Positions 14,005 through 26,700 of a stretch of 64,000 bases of DNA are shown here, piece by piece. The stretch comes from Proteromonas lacertae (lineage: Eukaryota). Positions within the stretch are counted from its first letter, which is position 1, and each line of letters begins with the position of its first letter. Location of the stretch: contig NGBS01001163.1 of the NCBI GenBank assembly GCA_002245135.1, positions 186,001 to 250,000 on the forward strand. Reading direction: 5' to 3'. The translations under genes and the position numbers were made by a program. The notes beneath the pieces were generated by a model. It searched no databases and was not told the DNA's origin. It worked only from the letters and a program-made list of their open reading frames with translations.

Positions 14005-14322
14005 ATTTCTCATCAAACAAGATATATTTAATTAATATTCATATAATCTTCATTCTCTATTGTCAGTAAATGTTTATTCAATTTGTTAGTAGTTTAGACA
14101 ATACATAATATATGAAAAATACTTAAATAAAGTTTGACTAATTTTTTAATTTCTTTTTTATTCTAGAGTATTGACAGATTTTATTATATATTACTTCTTG
14201 ATCCTTCTTCTTTCTCTTATTAATGTATAACACTTGATTCTTCTGATTATGTCAAAAAAATAATTCATAAAATTCTTCTCAAACATCTTCTCAAGCTTTA
14301 TTTCTTTTTTTCCCTATTATAA

Positions 14323-15381
14323 ATGACCTGGATTCAGGTACTTATATTTTACCTTACTATTTATTATATTTCACAGTGTAGCAACTATAAAAACGAATTT
14401 GATAGAAAAACAGATGAATTGAAAGAGAAAAAGGTAATTAAAGAATGTATTCCTAATACGTTTATTGATTTATTAAGTTACACTAGAAATAAGTTAGATA
14501 AGCAGATAAAAAACTTGACAAGATGTTTACAAACGTCATTGTATTCTATGTGTCAAATTAAGAACAGTGATGTGTATGATTCAATTCATAATTCTAGTTA
14601 TTATAAAATACATCCATTTAATGGATCAGTGTATTTACATTTGGATTTAAAACAATATTCAATAAGTATATCACCTCCAATACAAGATATATATAATGTA
14701 ATTATAATTGTTCCAGTTGCACCCACATATATAACATCCAGAGAAGCTATTCGAAGATCTTTTGGTAAAGAATTGATATTAGAATCGCATTTAGTGAAAA
14801 CAATATTCCTAACAGGAACACCAGAATTGAATGGTAATATAACATATCCATTAAGTTATTTACAAGTTGAAGCTGGTCAATATCATGATTTATTTGTAGT
14901 AGATCAAGAATATTCTTACAAATACCATACAATTTTCTTATTGAAAATTTTCGAATGGTTGATGAATTATAAAAATATAAATTACGTCATTAAGTGTAAT
15001 CCGTATGTATTTATCAACACACATAAATTAATACCATTATTGTATGAATTACAAAGTAATATAGTTGGTTATAAAGCATATTCATTTGGGATGTTATACC
15101 CATTTCATGGAATGTATGTAATTAGTAAATGGTTTATGGATAAAATATATAATGGAAGCTATTATAACGATAATATAGATCATAGAGATGGTGTTTATGT
15201 AGGTACGATGATGAAATACTTCAATATTCCTAATATCAGTTGGTTAGATTCAAAATATGTAGTTGAGTTGGGATATTTGAATCAGAATAGATTATTAAGG
15301 AAGAATGCTAAGATTAATACGATTTTTTCTCTACCTGCTGCTATGATTACTTATTTGTGGAATTATCATACAAGCAAATAG
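14323..15381 (+). CDS. Glycosyltransferase family 31 (beta-1,3-galactosyltransferase-like), degenerate DxD
   Basis: N-terminal hydrophobic anchor, SREAIRRSFG, IFLTG, EAGQYHDL, YVIKCNPYVFIN, DGVYVG. Confidence 0.75.
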   Translation: MTWIQVLIFYLTIYYISQCSNYKNEFDRKTDELKEKKVIKECIPNTFIDLLSYTRNKLDKQIKNLTRCLQTSLYSMCQIKNSDVYDSIHNSSYYKIHPFNGSVYLHLDLKQYSISISPPIQDIYNVIIIVPVAPTYITSREAIRRSFGKELILESHLVKTIFLTGTPELNGNITYPLSYLQVEAGQYHDLFVVDQEYSYKYHTIFLLKIFEWLMNYKNINYVIKCNPYVFINTHKLIPLLYELQSNIVGYKAYSFGMLYPFHGMYVISKWFMDKIYNGSYYNDNIDHRDGVYVGTMMKYFNIPNISWLDSKYVVELGYLNQNRLLRKNAKINTIFSLPAAMITYLWNYHTSK

Positions 15382-15672
15382 TCAGTTTTACTTCCCTTTA
15401 GTTTGTTGTATTAGTTGATGACTATTTCGTATATAATTTAACATTTTTTTATAACATACATTAAGTATTTTTAGAATGTTTTTTATTGTTAAGATTAATA
15501 TTTTTGTTATAAATTATAATATTCAAATTCCAAATTATTAAGCGTTTTGTTGTTGTTGTTATTTAATACACGAATTACAACTATTCATGTCATAAACTTG
15601 TAACTTTGACATGTAACGACTTCTTTTTCTTTTTAGTTTTTTTGTCGTTATAATTCAATAGTAGAATAATTT

Positions 15673-18600
15673 ATGAGTACAATTAAGCAAACAGAAGATG
15701 CTGACCAGATTGTTCATGATGCTAAGTTGGATTGGGTGAAAAGAGGTAATAATCCTGATGATTTCACAATGGAGAAGATGATCGAGATTTGGGAGAATGA
15801 GAATGAAATATTAGAGAAAGAGATTGAAGAAAACAAAGAAGAAGAGGAGAAAAAGGAAGAGACGAAAGAATCAGATTCTAAAGAAGAAACTAATTCACAT
15901 GCTATGAGGAATAATCTTAGGAATGTAATGTATATGTTTTCACTTGATTATTTTTCTGACAAGAGAGAAATTAAAGAATTAAAACAAAAACATGAAAAAC
16001 AACAGGAAGAGATCAATAAATTAAATGAAGAACGTCGTCAAATTCGTAAGAAACGAAAAGAACTGTTAGAAAAGCAAGCTAAAATAGAAAAAGAACAAAT
16101 GACCAAATTCAAAGAAATTGAACCTACAAAAATATACCAACAGAAACTAACACAAGCCGTACGAGAAGAAGAAAAGAATAAATTAACAAAAGAAGCAATA
16201 CAAGAAAGATTAGGTTACCAACAAAAGATATTAGCTGAAAAGAAAGAAGCAAAATTACAGAAAGAAAAAGAAAGAGAAAAAGAAAGAATAATTTGGAGAC
16301 AAAAGAATATAGAGAATTTAAATACCCAGGAGAAAGAAGCTAGAGCAGAATTAGCAGTATTAAAAGAGAAAGAAAAGAAAAGAGAAAAAGAAAATGAAGA
16401 ATGGAAAATGAAAGCAATAGAGAATGAGAAAATAGAACATAATAAATCAAATTTACTGTTAGAAAATAATGCAAATAATAGTGAATTTAAATATAAAAGA
16501 AGAAGAAGAAGTATATGATGATGATATGTGTGATGAAGATATTATTCAAATCGAACCAAACATTTCTCAACCATATGATAAATATGAAAAACTAAAACAA
16601 AAATATGATAATGCCAATAGTTCATTAATAAGATACCAAAACGAGTTTAATGTGAATAATAACGAGATTGAAGCATATAATGAAGAAATAATGACATTAA
16701 ATGATACTAGTATCCATTATATAAGTGAAATGGAATATTTAGAAAGTATTGAAAGAGAAGTATTAAAGAAATATAAAAATGCAAAATATCTAATTTATGA
16801 TGAAAAGACGAAACAAAGTGTGAATATGAGAAAGAAAAGAATTATCCAATTAAAGAGTGATAATAATGAAATAATTGAAAGTATAAAAATGATAATGAAG
16901 AATATACATATAAAGAAAGTGGAGAATTTAAAATTATCAGAGATTATAACACAACAAGAAAAGAAATGTGATTTTATAATGGAACAAATGCAAAATGCTT
17001 TTACACTACAAAGTCAACTACCAATGGTTGTAGGATATAAGATAAGTGCTAAAGAATTGGGTCAACCAAAACAAAATGAATTAGAAGTAGAAGTTGGGTT
17101 AAGATCGCAATTTGAAATCTTGAAAAAACAAGTTGAAAGTGCATTAACATTAAATTCAGCTATAAAGAATAATTTACATAGTTTAGATGAATCTAAAGGT
17201 GAAATGTTGATGTTAAAATCTGAATATAATAATAAATTGAATTATTTAGAAGAAACGAAGTTAAAATTATTGAAATTCAACCAGGAAATGCAGCATCGTG
17301 AGTTATTAGATGCATTAAAGCGATTTTTCAGTGAAAGACAAGAATTGAAGAAAGTAAATCAAATATTAAGTGGTTTTTTGAATTGGTGGAGTTATGGTGA
17401 TAGAGCAAATAAGAAAGAAGATATTGACAGATTTGAACCATATGGAAAACAAAAACAGTCAATTCGTCTAGGTAAATATACAACAGGTATATATGAGGGA
17501 AGAATACCACTACCTTTACACTCATTGTGGGAGATTCACTTTGTGATTAATAAAGAGAAAGAAGATGATAAAGATTCTGGTGATCCAAGTGATTGTGTAA
17601 CTGTATATATGGGAAGTAACAAAAAGTCTTTAGCCAAAGTTGCAAGGATAAGAAATATACCTCCTGAAGGAAGAGTTAATATAAGATATAGTGTAACTAG
17701 TCAGTTACGAGGAAATCAAATTGTTTTTAGATTTGAATATACTTGTGCAAGTGATAATCCTTCCAGTCATTTGATTATACAAAGAGGATGGTATAGACAA
17801 GATTCTATAAGCACAACTGAGATTACAACTGGTAATACAAGATTGGTAGTTTCTGAATATGTGAAATTGTTAAGAATTGAAAGAATTACAGCTGGTAATC
17901 GATTATCTCAGTTACAAGAGGAATATCAGAAAGTGAAATCATCGAAAGATAAATATTATGATTCAATGGTAATACATGAAACTCCACAAAGATATGTGAG
18001 AACTCAATTGTTAAAAGTATTAAAAGAAGAAATATTAAAAGAAGAAAAACGTCAAGGATCTCAATTAGAAGGTAAGAAATTCAAATCCTTACAGAATGTA
18101 TCAGATGAAACACTTACAGCTCAACAAAGACTAGAAATCAAACTGAGACAATCAAGAGAAAGATATATAGAAAGAAAAAGAAAAGGGAAAATAATGGATA
18201 AAGAAACAGCTTATTCTTATGTAGGTAAAGTATTAGAAGCATTAGATCCAATTTATAAGAAATGGAGAATCATTAATGTGATGGATGTAGCTATAACTGA
18301 AAGTACTGAATTTACTGAAGGATCAGTTCATCATTTGATTCAATATTCCAAAGATAAATTTGGTCCAGGTAGAAAAGAATGGGTTGATATAACGTTGTTG
18401 CAGTTTAACCAATTGAAAGAAGTTGTTCCATTGAAAGAACCATCAGAAGTGTTTATGGAGAGAGTGAAGAAAGAAGAAGAAGATAAAGAATACTTCAAGA
18501 AACATAAAATGACATTATTGAAACAGGATAGAAATGTTCAAATACAAGAATTATCAAATTGGAAAGAAGAATTTTATGAAAAGAAGAAAAAAGCCTTTGA

Positions 18601-21600
18601 AAAAGCGAATGAAATTGCTGTTCAAGAAGCTGATAAAAATGCAGAACAGCCAGAAATGTTAGAACAATACAAACAAGCAGCTCCATTCGTTAAAAAGGAT
18701 TTTGCAAATGGAATAAACACCGAAGATGGAAATCCCAAACAAATTACACTTCAAGAAGCTGAGATTGAAGCGAAGAAGATATATAAAAAGAAATTCATTG
18801 AAAGTTTTATGAAGAATGTAGAAGCTGATTGGTCAAATAGAGAAGAAAATATGATAAAGAAAGAAGAAGAAGAGAAACAAAAGTTACAACAACAGTGGGA
18901 AGAAGAAGATAAAGATTTTGATTATCGACAAGAATTAGAAGAAATAGAATTAAGAAACAAAGCAAAGCAGAAAAGAATAGAGAAAACAAAAGCAATTACA
19001 ATACCAAATTATAATCAATGTATTCCATTACCAGTGAAATGTGAACATAGAGTATTACAGAATTGGAAAACATTAACATCGAGTGGAATAAGATGTAGAA
19101 GTTGTAATAAGTCTTTAACTAATTATTACAATGATAAAGCTCAAGCAGTTAGGTGCTTATGACAATGATACTGCTGTAATGAATGAATTAATAGAATCCC
19201 ATCGAAAAACGCATGGTGCATTAATCATTAAAGAGAATAAAACCTTATTAGAAATAGAGAAAAGAAGATTACAAGTCGAAAAAGAAAGGAGAGAAGTTGA
19301 ATTATCTGAGATTAGTTTTAATAATGTTACTATGGAAGATGAGTTAGTAAGTGCTGCTATTTTGCATCATATTCCACTACAAGAAGTTCCTGAAGAATTG
19401 ATATTTAGGAGAGATGATATGTTACACAAAGCATCTTTCCATAAATTAACATCTAAATATATTCACATACATCAATACAATCAAACAATAGAAAAAATCA
19501 AACAAGAGAATTCAATTATGACAAGTGAAAGAATTGCTTTGAATCATCGATTAGTAAAATTACATAAGTATTTAGTAACAATATTTGATAGAATTAATGC
19601 AGTAGAACAAGAGTATTGTAGAGCTGGAGATATGTTAAATGAAAGAAAAAGTGCTCATATTCGAGTATCTGAATTAGAATTTGAAATTATTCGTACTAAA
19701 AGACTAGTAGAAGCTGCCAATAGAAGATTGAGAGTATATGATACAAAAAGAAGAGATTATCAAAGGAATTCATTGAATCAACAAGATTTAATCAAGGAAT
19801 TGCAGAAAATGAATGAAATTCAAAGAGAAAGATTGATTTTATCAGATGTATATATATATATATATTTATATTTTATTATTTTATATATAGAAAGTGTTAA
19901 AAGAATGTCAAGATCATTACGAACAATGTTTAAAGAATATCACAGAATTAAGCAGAACAGTCTGCAGAATACAGTATATGAAAAGTGACTTAATAGTAAG
20001 AACAATGTATGGATATGGAAGAGTCAAAGCATTTAGACCAGAAGGTGAAATGTTAGTAGTACAATTGTGTTGGGGAGGATTATTATATATAACGGCTAGT
20101 TCATTAAATGATTTTATCTCTGAACAAGAAGCAATGGAAAGGGAGTTAATGGAAGTGGAAGATAAATTATCGTTAGAAATAGAAGAACATGATAGAAATA
20201 TCAATAAAATGACAATTAGTGCAATGAAGAAGGAAGAATATGAGTGTAAATTGGTGTGGAAACATCAATACTTTGTTGAAAATGAATTTAAAATGAGAGA
20301 AGAATTCTTGAAGAAATTAGAAGATGATATTGACAATGAAATGAAGAATAAATCATTAATCAAAAAGATAAGAGAAGAAGCAAGAAATGAAATCAAAGAA
20401 GAATTAACTTGTAATGATGTAAGAAGAGCTATGTATGATAAACAAGTAGCAGAATTGAATAGATTAAGAGCAGAAAATCCAAACTCTGAAGAATGCGTTA
20501 ATCTAAGATTTGAGTTAGAAAAAATGCCAAAAATACCCAAAAGTCTAACTCCATCAGAAAAAGAAGAAAAGATAAATAATTACATTGAATGGGCAATTAG
20601 TGAATATCCAAAGAAAGAAAAAGAGAATAGAGTTAGAAGATATGATATTGAAGCGAAGAAAAGAAAACATGATTTCTTCTTACAAGAAACAGCTGATATG
20701 ATTTTAGATGAATTTCTTGTTGAATTATTACCAGATTGTATTGTTGAAGTAGTTAATGCCAATGAAGCTGCTAGAGATATTGCTAGTAGAGAGTGTGATT
20801 TTACAGTCAGAGATTGTGATAATATTCCCTTTCATATGTTTATGAATTTAATCACTGTAAATAGAAGAAGAAAGGAAATGGCTAAAAAGGTATTAAAATC
20901 ATTGGGAGGTGAAGATGCTGAAGATCGAGCACATCGATTAAGAAGAGAATATGAAATGAAATTAGAAAGAGGTAAAGAAGAATGGTTAATGAGAGGTTTA
21001 CCTGCCAATGAATTCAGTGTAGAAGCATTAGAAGAGATTTGGGATAAAGAAAAGAAAGAAAAAGAACATGAACAAATGTTGGAGAAAGAAAACAATGAAT
21101 TAATGAAAAAAGAAGAAGAAATGTGTAGAACATTTTATAAATGGGAATTAAAGCAGAATAGTAAAGAAAGATGGCTAATGAGAGAGGAAGAATTAGCAAT
21201 GAGAGAATTAATGAGACAAGAACAATTGAACCAAATGAAATCAAAATATGATATAGCTGGTGAAGATAACGTAGTTTCAGTAAAGATTAATAGAAGAGAA
21301 GAAGTGAAAAGATTAGTTGCAGAAAGACAAAAAATGAGACAAGAATGTACATTGATGCAAGAAGAAGATGAATTAGCACAACAGATTAGAGCTGAAGAGA
21401 TTAGAATTAGAGATCAGAAACAGATGGAAATTGAAGGATTATTAAATAAAGATGTTACTTTGGATGATATTAATCTAGATGATGGTTATGAATCAAGTGA
21501 TATAAGTGATGACAGTGATATAGATGAAGATATAGAAATACATGAAGTAGAAAAACCTATTATATATTGGTATCAACATATTTTAAATGACATAAATAAA

Positions 21601-23008
21601 TGGAGAGAAAAATATCAAAATATAGAGAAAGAAATAAGAAGTTATTATGAAATAATGTATGATAAAGAGAATAGAACAAGAGAAGAAAGAAAATTAGCAA
21701 GACATAAGGTGAGGCAATTGAGATTGAAGAAAAGACAAGAAAGAAAAGGATTGAATTATGTTGAAACTTTAGGAATAGAAAGTGTAATTAAATTAGCTTT
21801 AACAGAATTGGATTATATCAATTGGGAAGAAAAATTACCAGGAGCAGAAGAAGCATATAAACAAGATATTGATAATTCAAAGTATGTTAAAGAATACTTA
21901 GAAAGAAAACAGATTGAATTGAAACAAATATTAATCGATTATGAAGTGTGGAAAGGAAATACAGCTCAAGCTCAAGTCAAAGCTGATAAATGTTTAGAAG
22001 ATTTAAAGAAGAATGAAAAAGATTTGTCTGATGCTCGATTCTATGCTGAAGAAATGGACGAAAAAACAAAATATATAGATAGTGCAATTATTCATGGTGA
22101 AGAACAGAGATTTACAACTATTGAAATATATGATAAGTTGAATAAAGAATATTTCAAGTTATTGGTTGAAACAATTGTAACAAAAGCTGAAGTTATTTGT
22201 AAAGAAAATCACTTGATGATGATTAATGAAAAACAACAGTCTAATTTGGATGAAATGAATCAAAAAATAAAGCAAATACAAAAGATCAAGTTTAAACTTA
22301 AGAGAGATGAATATATGCATTTATATAGAAGTGAGTTGAATAAATTGATATTTGGTAAATCAAGAAAAACATTATTAACTCGTACGTTTAATGATTGGAA
22401 AGAATATAAAAACTGGAAGATATCTGTGAAAGATGTATATAACTTAAAGCATGATTTGATCTTGCATGAAAAGAGATTAAATATGTATTTTGATAATAAT
22501 AAGAAAACAGATGAAGAAGATCTAATTGCCTTAACTGAAGGTGAAAATATATATGGCATCTACATCATCATTATTGTCTCATAGTACTTTAGAACCAATA
22601 ATGTGTAGGAATTGCAAACAATTGTATTTACCTCAAGCTAATAATAGTAATGCTTGTCATTTCCATCCAGGTATTTATATATTAACTTGTCCAAAGAGTT
22701 GTAAAGGTTATGGACCAGAATGTGCAACTCATTTAATGAAGAGATGGACTTGTTGTGAAGATACTGATGAAGGAAGCAGTGGTTGTAAAGTTAAATGGCA
22801 TATGGCTCAGAATGATGATAATAATCGAACTATTTTTTATGAATTACAGAAGAAGGAAATGGCTTCTACTTATTTTGAGAAAGAAGTTGAAAAGGAAGAG
22901 AAGAAGATTAAGAATGATACATTTAGAGCTGGTAAAGAAGCGATTAGTAAATCAGAATCATTAGCTTCTACAAGATTAACTACAGCAAAATCAAATAGAT
23001 TAAACTAA
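15673..23008 (+). CDS. Giant (~2400 aa) coiled-coil protein with Cys/His-rich C-terminal zinc-binding-like domain, split into five ORFs
   Basis: Five overlapping same-strand ORFs each in the next (+1) frame; one join is a clear 43-nt intron (19848-19890); motif KLDWVKRGNNPDDFTMEKMIEIW in ORF1 recurs as KEEWLMRGLPANEFSVEALEEIW in ORF4; C-terminal CRNC..ACHFHPG..WTCC..GC..WH. Confidence 0.7.
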
Positions 23009-23056
23009 ATAATTATTAAATATTTATATTGTATATTGTATATGATATTGTATATA

Positions 23057-23536
23057 TTATTGATAGAATTGCCCAATTCTGTCATTTGTGATTATTCTAT
23101 TAATTCTTTTCTGATATCTTGGACTAATGCGTTTCTTTGGTGGCGGTTTTGGAAACTTATCACCATCATATAAATCTAACAATCTCTGAGTTTCTACTGA
23201 ATCATTAGCTCTCATTACAATTTCTTCGAATTCTTTCCTCTACACAAGAAAATGACTTTATTATTTATACCTTTAAAGCTTCTCTTTTATATTTATATTC
23301 TCTTAACCTAGCAGAAGCGTTTTCTGGACCTTGAAATTGAAGATTTTGAATTCTGGGACTATTTAAATCCAACAAAGGTAACTTTACAACTTGTTCGTGC
23401 CTATTTTCATACTATTATACCCAATAAAACAATATTTAAATACTTCATTGTTCTTTACTTTTTTAATTCTAGGTGATCTTTTGGCTTGATGGATCTGCAT
23501 AGGAAAATCATTTTCTTTCTGATGTACATTATTCAT
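23057..23536 (-). CDS. Small hypothetical protein (3 exons)
   Basis: Not in ORF track; MNNVHQKEND... spliced through two GTAT..TAG introns to ...RIGQFYQ*; TCAAGCT motif 44 bp upstream. Confidence 0.6.
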
Positions 23537-23790
23537 AGAATATTATAGAAAAATTAAAAAACCTCAAACTTCTTTTTCCTCAAGCTTTTTGTACTTCTTA
23601 AATAATAAGCATTAAGTCTTTAGAATCATTAGTTCATATATAACCAGGTATATAAAACCAGATGAGCTACTTTGTATTTTATTTATATAGTTCTGCATTA
23701 AGAAATACAGAAAAGAATGATGTAAGCTTGAATATCTATCAAACCAAAACTGTTATTTTTTATTTTTATAATTTTAACATTAACTAAAAA

Positions 23791-26700
23791 ATGAATGATA
23801 GTGAAAATGATGTGGCCAATCAAGAGAATAATTTAGATAATCAAAATAATAGTCAAAATATTGATGTATGATGTAATCTTTACTTTAATAGGACAATATC
23901 AATCAAAATTCCGATGATACATTTAATTTATCTAGTTCTTCGAATGCAGATTCAGATCAACAACAAAATAGTCAATCTAATGAAGATTCAAACAAATCAC
24001 CACATCCTCCAAGCACACCTCCATTATCATCAAAAAGTTCACATAAATTCCATAGAATATCATCGAAACAATTGAATTCCAATAGTGATGTTGTACAAAC
24101 ACAATCAGAATCATCTCAACAATATTCTGAAAAGCCAAAAGAAGAACCATCAAAAGAATCATTTGAAGATGATTTTAAACTATCTGAATCAACAACAAAT
24201 ACATCGGAAAATTTATCACAACCTCATGCTCCACCAGGAGAAGCTCGTTTTTCTAGACATTATAGTAAATCAGGATCAAATAGTGCAAAATCAATAGAAC
24301 AACCAAATGAACCTACACAACCATCCAAAGATACATTCAGTGATAGTTTTGTAGAAAGTGAAGAAGTGAAAGAGAATGAAAATAAAGAGCAAGAAACAGT
24401 AAATGAAAATCCATCAAAAGACACATTTCAAAGTAGTTTTGCTACAGAAAGTGGTTCAAAGACAACAACTGATGATGATACATTTTTAAAAGAAAATCCA
24501 ATAGATCAAAAGAATGAAAGTAGTGAATTACCGACAGAAAGTGAATTATTAGAAAATGAAGCTTTATTAAAGGAAAGTGTAGTAATTGTACCATCTGCAA
24601 GTGTAGATCAAAATAAGAGTGAGCAATCTACAGAAGAACAACAACAAAGTGATGGTAATGAAGAAGAGAACGAAGAATCTGTTAATCAACACTCTAGTGA
24701 AATGAAAGATGATTTTAGTAATTCCAAATCAGAAATATTGAATGAAGAATCAAAAGAAGATAATAATGAAGAAGAGGTGAAAGAAGAAGAAACAAAGGAA
24801 GAAATAGTTGAACCACAATCCAGTGAAATGAAGGATGAATTTAGTGAAGATTTCAATTCAAAGTCTCAAGTGCTGAATGAAGAAAAGAAAGAAGAATCAA
24901 AAGAGGAAGAGTATATCAAACAACAATCTAGTGAAATGAAAGATGATTTTGATGATAACTTCAATTCTAAATCAGAAGAATCAAATGAAGAAGAAAAGAA
25001 CAATGAAGAATCTGTTCTACCACAATCCAGTGAAATGAAAGATGATTTTGAAATATCTAAATCAGAAGTATTAAATGAAGAATCAGTTGAAGAATTAGTA
25101 GAACAAAAGCCTAGTACTGATGAATCAAAACTGAGTGAATCTGAAGGAGTAATACCAACTGAATCAATAGATTCGTTTATCAGTGGATATGTAAAGAACT
25201 TGATAAATTCAGTAACAAATGAATTAACAACAAAAGATGAAGAAAAGTCAAATGAACCAAAAACAAATGAAGAATCTATTAATGAACAGTCCAGTGAAAT
25301 GAAAGATGATTTTGATAATTCAAAGTCTGAAGTATTAAATAAAGAGGAAACAAAAGATGAACCAACAGATGAAGAGAGTGAAATGAAAGATGATTTTGAT
25401 GATAACTTCAATTCTAAATCAGAAGAATCAAATGAAGAAGAAAAGAACAATGAAGAATCTGTTCTACCACAATCCAGTGAAATGAAAGATGATTTTGAAA
25501 TATCCAAATCAGAAGTATTAAATGAAGAATCAGTTGAAGAATTAGTAGAACAAAAGCCTAGTACTGATGAATCAAAACTGAGTGAATCTGAAGGAGTAAT
25601 ACCAACTGAATCAATAGATTCGTTTATCAGTGGATATGTAAAGAACTTGATAAATTCAGTAACAAATGAATTAACAACAAAAGATAAAGAAAAGTCAAAT
25701 GAATTAGAAGAAACAAAACAATCGACAACAAATGAAGAACATCCTGAAGTTACTGTATCATCCAAAGAAGAAAGACCTGAAACAACTGAATCTGAAACAA
25801 CTCAAACTAATAAACCAAAAGATGAAGAAATGCCAAAAGCGAATAATAATTATACACATGAAATACCATCAAAAGTAAGTAAAGTAGATAATATGGAAAG
25901 TGAATTTGATGATGCTCCAAGTTTAGTAGAATATGATCAAAAAGAAGAAGGTGAAGAGGAAGAGGAAGAAGGAGGAAATGTTACAAATAAAACATCGGAA
26001 GGAACTGAAGAGCAAGAACAACAAGAAGAAGTTGATCAACAACCATCTAACGACACATTTGCGAATAGTTTTGAAGAAGATAACAGTAATAATAAAGAAG
26101 AAGAACAACAACATGAAAAGAAGGAAGAAGAAATAGAGCCAAAAGATAGTTTTGGAGATAGTTTTAGTAACACCCCTTCTCAATCAAAAACATTGAAAGA
26201 TGAATCTGAAGAAAAGAAAGAAACAACTAATAGTAATAATGATAAAGAAGATAATGTGGATAATCAACCATCTGCTGATACTTTTGCTGATAGTTTTGAG
26301 AATGGAACAGTTTCTCAACAACCTTCAAAAGAAGAAGAAAATGCAGAAACAGATAATAAACCATCTCATGATACATTTGGTGAAGATGAAGAATTTGATA
26401 CATACAATGATGAATTAAGAGAAATTGATGATGTAAAATCTGATAGACCAGCAAGAATATCAGCTGATGCTCCATTTTCAACAGCAAATCAATCTCCAAG
26501 TCTTGAGTCGTATGGAGATTGTAGTTCAAGACCAATGACAACTCAAAGTGGAATGCATTTTGAAGGTGATTTTCTAAACAGAAATGAAAATAAAAAGGAA
26601 GAAGAAGAATATAGATTGCCATTTGCTGAGAAATTGAATGAAGTTGAAGAAGAACCTCATTTTACTGAAGAAGAAATTGCATTACAAGGAAAATTAACAG

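Noticed and set aside
24930..25703. Repeat array as CRISPR or satellite
   Set aside because: In-frame coding duplication in a eukaryotic gene; no repeat-spacer pattern
24866..25765. 299-aa antisense ORF, and similar ones at 58526-59140, 40511-40885, 19917-22559
   Set aside because: S/F/L-rich shadows of E/K-rich sense genes
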